Part shown: positions 1 to 12,865 of the stretch, piece by piece
How the letters are laid out: every line of letters begins with the position of its first letter
Numbering within the stretch: the first letter of the stretch is position 1
Assembly: GCF_018977255.1 (NCBI RefSeq)
Contig: NW_024704742.1
Location: 23,562,001-23,626,000, forward strand
Reading direction: 5' to 3'
Origin: Callorhinchus milii
Taxonomy: Eukaryota
DNA length: 64,000 bases
Notes under the pieces: generated by a model
What the model saw: only the letters and a program-made list of their open reading frames with translations
What the model was told of the DNA's origin: nothing
Databases searched by the model: none
Position numbers and translations under genes: made by a program

Positions 1-330
1 CTGTAACTCAGCGGTGAGAGGTTGCAAGCGAGAGGACCTGGGTTTGATTCCCGGGCAGGGCAAAATGTTGGTTTCCTCCATGTTCGTCTGTTTTACCGAG
101 CAGTAAGTAGGAACCCAGTTGTTAGTCAATTAGTGAATCACTTTTTCGGGGGTAATAATCCCTTTCAAAACAAAATAATTTGGTTACTTCAATCTACAAC
201 TGTTTGTGGGACACTGCTGTTCGCAATTAACTGCTGTGTTTCACCCACAAAATATACAGTCAATTCACTTTACAACTTTACAGTATATTTTGTGAAGCAC
301 TTTGAGATGTCTCAAAGACGTGATAAGGGG
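1..330 (+). mobile_element. tRNA-derived SINE (SINE2-1_CM-like), long-body variant, 5' end cut by window edge
   Basis: Degenerate A/B boxes (taactcagcgg, gtttgattcc); body homologous to 36225-36592; tail ttgagatgtctcaaagacgtgataagg. Confidence 0.85.
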
Positions 331-339
331 CTGCTTGTC

Positions 340-505
340 GGACACTGCCGCATACAAATTGACTGCCATATTCGCCTATAAAATACACAGTTACGACACT
401 TCACTGTGCATCCTGTGAAGCACTTTCAGACTTTGTGGAATGCTTTCAGACTTTCTTCCCAATATGAAAGATGCCACATCAAATGCCAGGGTTATTATTA
501 CTTAT
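340..505 (+). mobile_element. Decayed SINE 3' fragment
   Basis: aaattgactgcc...tgtgaagcacttt...atcaaatgccagggttattatta matches the SINE tail. Confidence 0.65.
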
Positions 506-1194
506 TATCTCTGAAGGTTGCAAAGACCATCTTAAAGAGGATAGTTTTGCTAGTCTTTCCAAATAAAAAACACCTTTTCTTTGGCCAGCCATGGGTAAGC
601 TAAGGTGCTCAGTATGCTTATTCCAGCCAAATGTGTTTTTGCTCCTTTAGTCTGTAGACTAAAGTTCAGAACAAGTCCAGCCACTAGAAATGAAGTACTA
701 CATATGACTTTCTGTTCTAGTTCATACGGAATTGCTTCTGTGTTGCTTGAATGCTGGTAATCTCACTTACAACCCAGAACAGGCCAAATTGGACTAGTTT
801 TACAGGCAGCCTGGTCTGTTACATAATTGTTTCTGACATTACAGAACTGCTTTAGATAGCAAAAGCAAAACTTCAAAAATGAGCAATCTGCCTCAGAGTT
901 ATTTGCTTTAAATCGTAGAACTGAGTTACCCAAAAAAATCCTACACCAATTGGTCACATCTGTTAACACAAGGATATTAACAGGTAATTTTTAGTTCAAA
1001 TGTATTTCTATATAAGTGGGTATTAAGCAATTTAGCTACCCATAGAAGTAAGGTCAATGAAGCTTTAATAAGAACAAAAGGTAACGTCTTGAAAGTTCAC
1101 ATTTAAGAAAACCCATTATAATTAAAAACACATCTGCTAATCCTCAGACCGTCCATTAATTTGTTCAGATTATTTGCTCGATGTTATTTTAACA

Positions 1195-1570
1195 CGAGTC
1201 ATCAGGCTACACAGTTTGGTGTCATCAGCAAATTTGATGTCACAAGAAGTGCACTCCTCCATATTATTTACGGATGTTGTAAACCGCAGGGGAACCCAGA
1301 ACAGACCCCGTTAAACTTGTAACTGCCCCTGGGCACAGACATATTCATTAATAATGATGAACTTCTGCTTTGTATTATTAGGTCAATTGGAAGATACCTC
1401 CATTTTCATTAACTACATTCAACATTTAAAAGCTTCACATGCTCAATAAGTGAGTGCTTTTGAAAATTAAAACTAATCATTTTCATAAGGTAGCGTTACG
1501 CTTGATAAAATTCCAATACATGAGTGGGATAGACGGTCTATCCCTTCTAAAACAATGTTGACGACTCACT
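1195..1570 (-). mobile_element. Old CR1-type LINE reverse-transcriptase fragment
   Basis: Minus strand near 1213-1236 reads KFADDTKL, the CR1 RT catalytic motif; otherwise heavily decayed. Confidence 0.7.
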
Positions 1571-4204
1571 CCTCGCAACTTCAGGTGAGCATTCCCCCCC
1601 CACCCTCCACTAACAATGTAACATAATCCTTCTATTTGGGTTGAATTCCTTTTCTAATGTCAGGTTCATATTTAGAACAACACTTTACACCAGGTTAAGA
1701 TATTTTTATTCCCTCAAACTCCATAGGTTTCAACCTTTGGTTTTAATAGTTGGGAATAAAGGAAGCATCAACTGTTGTTGCATAGAATATAACTCAGGAC
1801 TCTTAGTTTATTTGGACATCCTCCCGACATGAAAGGCGCTATACAAATGTTATTTTGTATTTTCAAACTACAATTGCGTTATTGTCTAAAAATCAAGTTT
1901 TCAAAAGTTGGCAGAAGGAATCTCAAACTTCTGTTGTGTAAAACCAGCAACATATAGCTTGAGAGATTTATCTCGATAAAGTGCAGGCTCCTGGCCAAAA
2001 TATTCCATTTCCTTAATACTGAAAGAAGATCTGTATTTTTATTAATTACAGCAAATGTACACAAGATTAAGATACAAGGCAGTAATAGAAGGATTAGATG
2101 ACATTACAAACAAGCAAGAGCAAAGTTCAAGTATTTTATAAGTCATCTGAACCTCAAGATTGAATTACATCTTCAAATCTATCCTTGGTATCAATCATTT
2201 ATGAAAGGTTTGCTGTAGTATTCCATTTTGTGTCAGCACCATCTGTCAGTGTACTCCATGTGGTTTATGCACAGCAATATTAACACTGCACAATTTACAA
2301 TTGTAATGTCATTGCTGAAAATGTAAAGAATAAAAAAGACCGCTAGAAAATGTTATTTTCTGAATATCGTCGATTTCTCTGGTGGTTTGTCTAACATTCG
2401 TACCTCTGGATCTCTGCTCTTTAAGACTTTGGTGATTTATTAATTGTCTTGGATATTTGCACCACCTTCAACATGCTCTGGCACCAAGCAATTCTGGACA
2501 AGTATAATCTTACCAAGGTCTTCACTAACCAAAGCATTGTTCATGACTATCTATCTTACTTTCACATAGCTCAATTCATGACTCATCTTATAATTTATGC
2601 TCTCTATTTCAATCAATTCAGGAGTTTCAGAGCTCTGCGCTATGTCCCACTGTTCCTTCTCCAAGACCATCTCCACTTATAATGCAACCCCTTCCATTCT
2701 CCCACTAATGGTTTCATTCTACATTCATCAAATCTAAGTATTATTATCCTAGGGCTTCAGCTTGCAAGGTTATCCAGAGCCAAGTGGGAAGAATCCCTGT
2801 TGACTGTTGTCACTAGTTGGCCATTTTTCAGTCAACAAGCACGAGTTTGAGCCCTTACTACATGGATAGTAGGTTGCAGAACTCAAACACACATCCCTAA
2901 CACATTTTAAGCAATGGTTCCATCAGTTGGAAGTGCAGACCTTGAGCAGCAGCAGCAGCTTACCACTTTTCATAAAAATCAAGATGGCTATATGAGCCCC
3001 AGCACCTTATAGCAGTTGTTCTAAGCCTCAGTTTCCTCCTAGCCATTTGACAAATATCTGCCTTCAGCATAATAGAAGGGTTAGTAGAACTGACGATGCA
3101 GTTCAACATGTGAATGCCAGCCACCTTGATGTTCCAGAAGTCCAAGTCCCAGACTTACTGCATCCCAACATTGGTACTATAGCATGCCATTTGGAACTAT
3201 CTTTAAAACTCCTTCCCCTTGCTTCTTTTAACTTCAAAATCCTCTTACAAACATAGCTCTTTGAAATTCCAATATCCTCAATCGTTTCTGATTTCTCACT
3301 ACTTTATTTTATGACACATTTCAAGATGTTCATTCTATGTGAAAGGCCAAGACAAGTCCAAGCTGTTTTTGAAACACATTACTACTACTGTAATGTATCC
3401 AAGATAATTTCAATAGCAGTAATCTAAGTTACAAGGAAAGGTTCAAGATTGCTTGCTCGCTTTTCACAAGACGTCATAAAGGTGACCCAGGGGAAGTTTT
3501 CACAATTACAAAGAGGACTCGAAGCTTATGTAGGTAATAACAAGAGTTCAAATATTACAGGATGAAAGTTAAAATTAGGAAGTTACAATTACAAAAATAA
3601 GCCAGCCCTTAGGGTCGTTCTTCTTTTGACTTACTGGTAGAGGAATTCCAGGCAGGATATGTGACACCCCAAATGGGTTCTATTTGGATTCTCAGACAGC
3701 CTCTTCTGACTGCTTAGAACATTTGAACCCTTGTCCTCAAATCACAAAGTTGATTTTGCACCCTCCCTCTGAGTATGATGAGCAAGTTAGGATATTCTCT
3801 CTCTCTGGGTTATCACAAAGTACTGTCTTACGTAGAGGTTTTGACTTTGGACCTGCAGTATGCTCCCATCCCTAAGACATCTCTTTTTCATTCAAGTAGT
3901 TATATGCATGTATGGCTATCACCTAATTTTTGGTATACTGATTTCTTGTGTGTGTGTGTGTGTGGGGGGGGGGTGAGATATTTATATTTAATATTTTATA
4001 CAAAATTTATATTTTGAGATATTTAACTACTGACTTCATGAGGCTGTCTCAAAGCTGTGATTTGTATTTGGAATATGATTTTGTTTAAAAAATCGAGATA
4101 GGATATTGGAGAATGCAGAAATTCAAAAAAGTGTTGAAGGCAGTTAAATGGATACAGCTTTGTGCCTTTTCCCATTCCTAAGAGTCCTTGTATTCATTAC
4201 TCGT

Positions 4205-4630
4205 GATAATATTTGCAATTTATAAAGCACCTTTCACAATGGAAGGTGTCCCAAAGCACTTCACAAGATATACTGTAAAGCTCAGTGACTGTGAGTTTTA
4301 TGGCCAACCACAGCAGCCAATTTGGGCACAGAAATGTCCCACAAACAGCCATGAAGTGCTAATAATAATATTATTAAATTGTTATGAAGTGAATGTCCAA
4401 TTTACCTGGGCCAGGACACTAGGAGAACTCCATTCTCTTTTCAAAAGGTGCCATGGATCGAATGACTACCTGAACTATCAGACAGGACCTTGGTTTTAAC
4501 ATCTCATCTGAACAAAAACCCCTCCAACTGCACTGGAGTGTCAGCCGAGACGATGTGACTTAAATGTCCCTGAAAGTACAACCTTCCAACTTTTGATTCA
4601 GAGGTGAGTGTTTCCAACTGAGCCAGCCTG
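4205..4630 (-). mobile_element. DeuSINE (SacSINE1/AmnSINE1-like), decayed
   Basis: Reverse complement has ggctcagttgg head, ggctgacactccagtgcag, gatgagatgttaaaaccaaggtcctgtctg, gatccatggcac, and tail gtgaaaggtgctttataaattgcaa. Confidence 0.8.
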
Positions 4631-4727
4631 TACATTCCACAAAATTAACCCATCCATTTAAAAGTAATTTAAATGTAAAACTTGATAATGTATATAAATA
4701 TCTCACTAATTCTAAAATAAATATCTG

Positions 4728-5027
4728 ATGGACTCGTTGCTGCAGTGGGTTAGCCACTATCCCTTTACCTTTGATTGAAGTCTAAATCAAGGATGAAAGG
4801 CAACTCTTACTGTCGGCGATAACTCTAAAATGCTAAATTAATTGTTCCATTTTCAATCCACCTACTCATGAACACAGATGTACAACTCAAAACTTCTCAC
4901 AATTCAGTACTCACACTCAAGATGACCGCTGCAGAAAATAGAAATATTTACACTGATGAAGAAGATGCTTTCTGAGGTGAATGCTAAGAGAACTCTATTC
5001 TGCATTTATTCACACTATACCTTATAG
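4728..5027 (+). mobile_element. Possible ancient LF-SINE-like remnant
   Basis: Weak resemblance to the recalled LF-SINE-type layout (gcagtgggttagccact..cctttacct; ggatgaaag; aaaacttctcacaattcagtact). A similar stretch lies at ~21760-22080. Confidence 0.35.
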
Positions 5028-6533
5028 TGATGTCCTCCTGACGTGAAAGGCACTATACAAATGTAATTTGTTGTTGTTTATCTGCAAGTGCTCAACAAAC
5101 TTTAACCAGGCTCTGAAAAGCATTCAATTTCCCATCAATGTTATCCTTTACTTTTGCTAAAGAAAACTTTTTTTTAAAAAAGACAGTCAATGTAGTCAAT
5201 TTAATACTCTTCTACAAAAGCTAAGACAGCAATTATTGTGATTACTATTACATTTTATAATGTGTTTTTATAATCTAAGTTTTATGTCCTTTCCTCTTCC
5301 CTTCCTCCATTTCCCACCTATCAGTTAACTCTTGTAGCAAAAATAACTGACGACCACTGCAAGTTGCCTGCCTGCATAAGTCAAGTTCTCTTAGTGATCA
5401 ATATAAAGGGTTTGGTTTCATTGTGGGTGATAAAAGTTATTCTGTCCTGCTCTCAGCTACAAGCTTATGACAGATGATCATCATTAAACCCTCTCCAGTC
5501 TTGAGGCTGTGTAAATGTGTCCTATTAGTCCATGGTCAGTCTGTTTGACAACTCTAGCCCTCAAGACAAATGGCAGCTGCTGCCCTGAGAGGTCTGAAGT
5601 CAAGTCAATAGGGAATCTCATGCCTGACTGGAAGAACCGATGCCTGTTCATTAAAGATCGCTCCAGGGAAAACGTGCATGCAGCCATTAGGACTATTAAA
5701 AAGAGCTAATTATTTTGTATTTATTTTAGAAGCCATCTACAACCCTAAATAGAAATGTTTCCTGAATTGAGGAAGTTAGGTGGTTCTTAGTTTGTTGCAC
5801 TAAATATTGACCATTTTCAAAACTGAAAATTAAAATGAGAAAGATAACTCATTTGAAACACTAGCAATAGTTTCAGGAGTCTAAGCCAATGCAAGATAAG
5901 CTAATAGTGTACACTTGGATTTATTGCAATATTATGCAGGATATCACAGATTGGTTAGTATTCATTGTTATTTTGCTGTTATAATCGAATGTGACAAGAT
6001 ACTAGGAATGTTACATTTTGCGTTGTCTTCAGTTAGCTTGAACAATCCAGCTTATTAAATATAGCACATTTAATGAAAAAAAACATCAAAAACAGAATGG
6101 GGGCCCCATGCAGGGTGGAAAAAGGGTTGGGTAGTAGGAGGGGGGTGACCAAAAGCACAGTCAAAGTAAGTTTTTACAAGGGTTTGGAAGGTGGAACGGG
6201 AGGATGCGAGTGGGATTTCGAAAGACATGGCAAGAGTTTGGGTATGGTTTATAGCCCCAACCAGTTCACTCCACCATTGGTGGGCAAAGTGCCTGAAAGC
6301 TGGTGAATTGTGAGGTAGGTGACCTAAATCAAACTAGTTCTGGATAATGTTATGCTTATGGAGGTTTATGCTACTACAAAAATGTAAATCTAAAGTTGAT
6401 GAACGCATGAAAGCTTTAGACTGCATTGGGGCTATGATGCTCATATTTTTGGACTCATTTGCATGTAATATATATACATATAGAGAAAACAGAATCATAT
6501 AATATAAATAGTTCAAAGGAAATTCATCACTAT

Positions 6534-6700
6534 CAATACAATACAAATTACATTTGTATAGCGCCTTTCACATCGGGAGGACGTCCCAAGGCGCTAGATA
6601 GTCAGGGGTTTGGACACGAGCTGGGGGTCGGGATCGGAGAGGGTAGAGGGCAGGGAGGGTAAGTAGGTGGCCGAGAGGCTCGGTCGAAGAGGAGGGTTTT
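6534..6700 (-). mobile_element. L2 LINE 3' fragment
   Basis: tacatttgtatagcgcctttcacatcgggaggacgtccc tail plus G-rich 3' region, shared with the long L2 copies. Confidence 0.85.
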
Positions 6701-9700
6701 TCCATCAGTATTTTCCATCCTGATTTAACCTAAATCAGTTTACTTTTTTCTTTTAGGTGTACTATTTTCCTCTCCATACAAACACAATGTTTAGCTTTCT
6801 AAGAAAAGCTAGAAAATAGATGACACAAAGAATATAATTGCACACAAACAGAATGATTTAACTGGCTTTCCACCAGATTTAACTATAGCTCAATAAAATG
6901 GCCTTCACTTGATTTTCAGACATGGTTGGGTTCTAGTAAACGAGAGGACTCTTGGAACATGTACAAACTATCAAGCGACATTTGAAGTGAGTGTTTAAAG
7001 TTAACTGACTACCAATTAAACTGCAGTTGTTGCTCGAGGTTCTACTGAAAACAGGACAATCCCCTGCTGTTTAATTGTGACTGGTCCTTTCAGTGTACGT
7101 CCCAGTTTTAATAACTCAAAAACATGCTTATGGGGACAAGGGTAGTGGCTGGCGCCAATCTACTCGAGTTTGGCAAATTCCTATGCTTCATAATGCAACT
7201 TGAACAATGTTCTCTCTTTTGTCATAGTAGTAAATCTGAGGTCCAATATCAAGATTCAGCAGGTTTAAGTGATAAACATTCAACACCAAAACAAATTAAA
7301 TTTTTCACCCAAAATAACTAGAATTTCTCACCTTGAGTCACCCAAAGCTAAACATATAATGAATGTCAGCTTTCCAAATATTGCTTATTTGGGGGATTAG
7401 CCTAATCTGTATGGCAACATAAGTAATGCTAAACCACATGAATATGCTTGAAATTTAAACAACTAATCAGACAATTCTAAATTTTAGACCCATAGGTAAA
7501 TTATAAAGTCCCCCCCAAAAAATGCAAGGAGACAAATTAAATATACTTTAAGACTTTGGCCTTATTCCTGTTCTGAGTTCAGCTTTGCTCCAAAGCCCCA
7601 GTCAGCAGGGAACTAAAAGAATTAAGTGGCAGTTGATATTACTTTGCTTTTGATTTATCCATCACTAAGAATACTGCACATAAATAGGTTATGATAACAG
7701 CATGCTGTTATCCTTGAGACCAGACGACTCGGCAAGTTGTTGGCTCGCCATGTGTCACACTGAAGCCATCAGAAACAGTGCCCGTCTCCTATTTATTTTG
7801 CACTAAAAGCATTCTGTATTTTTAAGATGGAGTTGCCTGACATAGGCACCATCACAAACCCATAAATATGCACAATTCTATTACATACTTTTATTGAAGA
7901 ATGTCTGGAATATTAAGTGGGTTACTCTACAACCTTTAAGAGCAAATTTCAAAACTTTTCTACACAGGCCAACAGAATAAATAATATCTATATTATTCAT
8001 TTGTTTACCGACGAGCTTACCAACATCTTTCAAATGTCTCAGGAAAAAAATCCCTCACAATCTTTATACTGATACTTTAAAGCTTAAACATTGGTATTGG
8101 GTATTCGTTCAGTAGAAGGTTACGTTTTGTGCCCTCAAATACTCTGTGTTCTTGTCCTTGAGGTCACAAGGGCATCAACAAGCCAAGTGCTCAAATAAGT
8201 CAAAGCTGTTCTCCCTTCTACAATAGAAGAGGAACCATCTGCTAGAGTTAATATATGCTTGGATTGTCAGTATTAAGTGATTGCCCTGCTATGTGCTATT
8301 GCTACATCTGATAGAAAAATCCTTTAACGCCTGAAGTACTTACACATTACACAAAACATTTCTCCATTCTCCAGTAAGTTTAAAGGCATAATAAGCATTT
8401 TCTTTGATTTTTTTAAATAATTCCTCATTTTTCAAAAAAGACATTTCCTTTCTCAGTACCGCTAAACATTACTTTAGCAAATTAAGGCTGTATGTAGGTG
8501 ATATAATCTCAGGCCTTTGCCATAGTTCCTCTCAGCTAGTCACAAGGAGGAACAGGAGTTGATGTTCGATGATTTTCCTTCCTCAGGGGAAGTACTTTAC
8601 CTTCCTTTGGCACTTTCCTTAACATTCTGGTTGACAATGGAAATTCTTCAGGTGGTGAATCAGAGGAAAACTTGCACCCAAGACTCTGTGGCTGATATCC
8701 CACATTTGTTTGTGTTTTACAATTTCTTCCACAGCTAGTTTCTAAAAACTATCTTCAAACTCATAAGCTCAGGGTTCGATTATCTAAAATAAAGGGCAAA
8801 TGTAACATTTTTGTTAACTGAATCAAAATTCCCTAAGTATTGATTCTTTACATTTTCTAAAAATCCTCCGCAAAGCATAAATTGCAAGGAATTATTTTCC
8901 TGTCATTATTTTAGTCAGGCTGAAATATTTATACTGAGTAACATTTCCCCCACATTTTTGACCCCCATTGACTGAAAGGAAAGAATTTGATTGTAACAGC
9001 CAGAACAACTAAACATGCTGGAATCCTGAAAGAATTTCTCTTTTGGGACTGCACTTAAATTCACAAAAGTTTTTTTTTAATTAAAATGAAGGCTCACCAT
9101 ATGTATTTAAGGTCAGATAATTCTTTCTGCAAATCAGGCCCCAGGCTGCAAGCATTTTTTTCCTTCCCAAAGGATCTGATTCAGTTCACTGAATAAGAAT
9201 TTAAAGCCTGAGTGGTCAAAAACATTAAAAAATAGATTAATCCTATTTTCCACCTGGTAAGATCCCCAATGTTGCCATGAAATGCCTACTGCAGACTAGT
9301 AGCATGAGTGGACTCCTTTATGGCCGATGTCAATGTTGCTCACCAACTAGCTAGTGTGAAGCAAAATACTACAGTTTGGGGCTGATCCATTTTCCTCTCT
9401 CCCTGGAAATAACGCATTTTAAGAAAAAATACGTAGTTTAAAAATATTTAGTTAGTTGTCAGCCAAGAACAATCAACAAAATTTTAAATTGTATTAATTT
9501 CAATTTTAAGTTGAAAACATATTGTCCAAAACATATTTTGCACAAAGACGGAAACAAGTGCTGGGAGGGGTGGGATGGGGAATGTTGCACTTGAAGCTAT
9601 GAAACGCCTCTGGATAACATGGTCAACAATCTTTTCATGTAGGAATGCATCAACTCATACCGAGATGCTACCCACATGTTGTTTTTGTTGTCTCATCAAC

Positions 9701-12258
9701 ACAGTTCAGAGTATGCTTAAATCACACTAGAAGAGCATGCATTTTACCAACTGGCAGCAAAATGCATTAGACCATCCATCCACTTTGCATCTTGAATTGA
9801 TGGATATGTTGCATTGGCTTGATAACTTTGGGGTATAGAGTTTGAACCAAGTTCAAACTAGATAAACTGTAAGGCTTCTAAACTAAATATGTTGGGGGAG
9901 TAAGCAATCTCAACCCAGTTCTGAGTGGGGTTAGTTATACAGTAATAAAAAGAAAAAAATGTCATCTATAATTCACTTCTAACCAAGCAGTCTTATTCCT
10001 AAAGTCTACAAATATGCTCAATGCAGTTAATGAAAGTATAACTTGCACTTGAGGTTTGAGGTTAAAGCACTTAAGGCAAAGGAAGTTTTTTTTTACCCAA
10101 CATCAAAGGCATTCTATAACCCAATTCGAGATGGTAGAAAGATAAAATTAGACACACAGGGTGAAGAAATATTATCCAACTGCCATCCTCTTTTCCGCGT
10201 TGTGGTTTAAAAAAAATGAATTGATTCTATTACAACCCCACCCAATTCACTATGGGTCCTTCTCAGCATACTTCCTGTAGAAAGTGGCATGGCACTATAA
10301 CATTGGAACCAGATAGTACCATATAATAACAATTTCATCTACCCATTGTAAGACAGTATATCTATTAAAAATAAGCATCACCAATATACTACAACAACAA
10401 CAAAATTACAGAGCAGTGCAGCCATTTTTAAAAAAAAATGCATACCCATTCCTTATTGAGGGCAGGTGTTGAAAAAGCCCCTTGAGAGCAAAGAAAATAA
10501 ACTTCCTTTTGTTTAGCAAATCACTTCAGCATTTACGTTATCATGGGTCGTGTCCAAATCCCTGACAGCCTTGGGATGTCCTGCCAACGTGAAAGGCATT
10601 ATACAAATGTAATTTTGTTTTGTACCAAAATGCTAGGCCATTTCCTCCCAATGCAAATTCCATCATGCAACACAGCATATTGAGTCACTGAATACAGTGA
10701 TAGAAACTGCCATTAGGCACCGTGAGACTCTTTGCAGTAGCAGTCATACAAACACACAATTCAGAACTAACATTTTTGTCCAAAATAAATACGACAAGTT
10801 GAGAAACAAACCCTTCCGTTATTCCGCAAGGCTGATAGTCACTGATGTAGAATAAATGAGCATCGGAAATTGAGACTACATTATTAACAATCCAAACCAA
10901 ATAATTATGGAATATCTTCACAACCTGGTTTGTATATTTTAATTTAGGTTCTAAAAAATTCTCATGAGTAAAAGAACAGCCATGAGTCTTTGCAGTTAAT
11001 CTTCACAAAACACAGTTTTATGAAGATTTACCAACAGCATTCACATTAAACATTATTGAAACAAAATGGTGGAAATCACCACGTGTAGGGATTTAATAAA
11101 ATAATGTATCCCACATAATTCTATTCAAATCATCTCTGTGGGGTTTAATATTAGCCAAGGCCTTAATTATTGTATAACCAGAAAAATCCTCTGTATTATT
11201 ATATTTGGACATTGTATGCCCACAGTAAAGAATTAGCAGTCAGTCAAAGCACTGGTATCAACACAATAATAGTACTATGTAATTCACCTCAAGTCACCCA
11301 CATTTGAATAACTCTCACATTTCTAGATTTGCCTGTCCATCTTCCAAAAAAGTAATTTCAGTTGCAAAATGTTTCTGTTGTTCATAATCCACTAATCTGT
11401 TCCCTCTAATTGCTAAACAAAACATAGTGACTACAGAATTAGTTCTCAAATCAAGTGCAAAGTCTGCATGAATTATCAACAACTATCTTACAAGAAGTGA
11501 AAAGCAACAGTACCAGGTCCATGCTCCTCATTCATTGCTTGGTGTGAATCAACTAACCTCAGGTAGGGAGGCTACACAAAGTGAGTTGGACATTGGATCT
11601 GATGGGTATTGCCATCAAATGGCCAAAGCACATCAACATCACGCATCATCAAAACTTGTACATTACTAACATCCGCTTGGGCAAGGTACCCAACATCACA
11701 GTTTTGACAAACTTGTATATTTTAATACAATGGAATCCGCTTTAGCCAGAGGCATCAGGGCAGAGAGTTTTGTCCGATTTACCCGCCACCCACACCCTCC
11801 CCCACCGAGATGCTTGTGAATGGATGGTGTCTGCTGTGAATCAATTGCAATGTGACTCCTCCTACTCCCTCCCTGTTCCTCCACCTCCCACCTCAAGATT
11901 GACAGCCCAACTCCAGCCGTTTCTGAGCAACTAGTCACTGATGTAGAATAAATGAGCATCGCAATTTGACTCTTCCCATCTCCATCTTGGAGCTGCTCGT
12001 GGCTGAATGGAGCCACAGAAGACGCAAGCGAGTACATTCAGCAGGGACCAGTGCGCATTTTGTCTGGACTATCTGGATTTCTGTCTAAATTAGCAGGCAT
12101 ATTTAAAATGGGTAAGAATACAAATGAATCAGAGCCAGGCGTTTAACTCGGTGACCGGGGTTGACTGGCATCCAGCTAAAGCAGATTCCACTTCATTTAT
12201 TAAAAAAAGTAATCCTTACAATTGATATTGTAAGGATTGTGGAGTGGAGTGGATATTG

Positions 12259-12572
12259 TGGAGTCCTGTAGCTCAGTGGTTAGAGCACTCGCTTTGCAAG
12301 TGAGAGACCCGAGTTCAATTCCAAGCAGGGCGAAACCTTGGGCAAGTTTCCTTACTCCACACGCCTAATAATAATCCCTCCAAAAAACAAAAACAATAAT
12401 TAAATTGGTCATTTTCAATCGACGACTGTTTTTGGGACATTGCTGTGCGCAATTGGCTGCCGCATTCGCCCACAAATATACAGTCAATTCACTTTACAGT
12501 GTGTTCTGTGAAGCGCTTTGGGACGTCCTCCTGACGTGAAAAGCGCTATATCAAATGCAAGGATTATTATTA
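12259..12572 (+). mobile_element. tRNA(Ala)-derived SINE (SINE2-1_CM-like), full length, short-body variant
   Basis: A box tagctcagtgg, B box gttcaattcc, Deu-like tgggacattgctgtgcgcaattggctgcc, L2-type tail, (TTA)n end. Confidence 0.92.
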
Positions 12573-12574
12573 TA

Positions 12575-12865
12575 TTGCGCCTTTTACATCAGGAAGATGT
12601 CTCAAGGTGCTTAACAGGAGTTACCTTAAGTGCCAATTTGTGCACAGTAATATATTACAAATATAATGACGGATTTTATCTGGGGGATTATCAGGCTGGA
12701 ACACACAAATAAATTCCTTTCTCTTTTCAAAAAGATCTTTAACGTCCACCTGAAAAAGCAGACACGGACTCGGTCTAATGTCTCATCTGAAGGACGGCAT
12801 TCCCAACAATGAAGCACACCCCCAGCACTGCATTGAAGAGTCAGTCGAGAGTACGAGTTGAAAAT
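12575..12865 (-). mobile_element. DeuSINE (SacSINE1-like), decayed, tail-to-tail with the preceding SINE
   Basis: gatctttaacgtccacctgaaaaagcagac...gtctcatctgaaggacggca...cagcactgcattg is the reverse complement of the Deu-domain core. Confidence 0.8.

Noticed and set aside
8601..8741. Possible extra minus-strand exon (tttttag|AAACTAGC...GGAAG|gtaaag)
   Set aside because: Weak pyrimidine tract, in-frame stop in phase 0, and no similarity to the expected next LRBA exon EWQNSIQKNAGL.
10836..10880. Hammerhead ribozyme / Penelope-like motif (ctgatg...gaaa)
   Set aside because: The core is CTGATGT rather than CUGANGA, and I could not build the three required stems.
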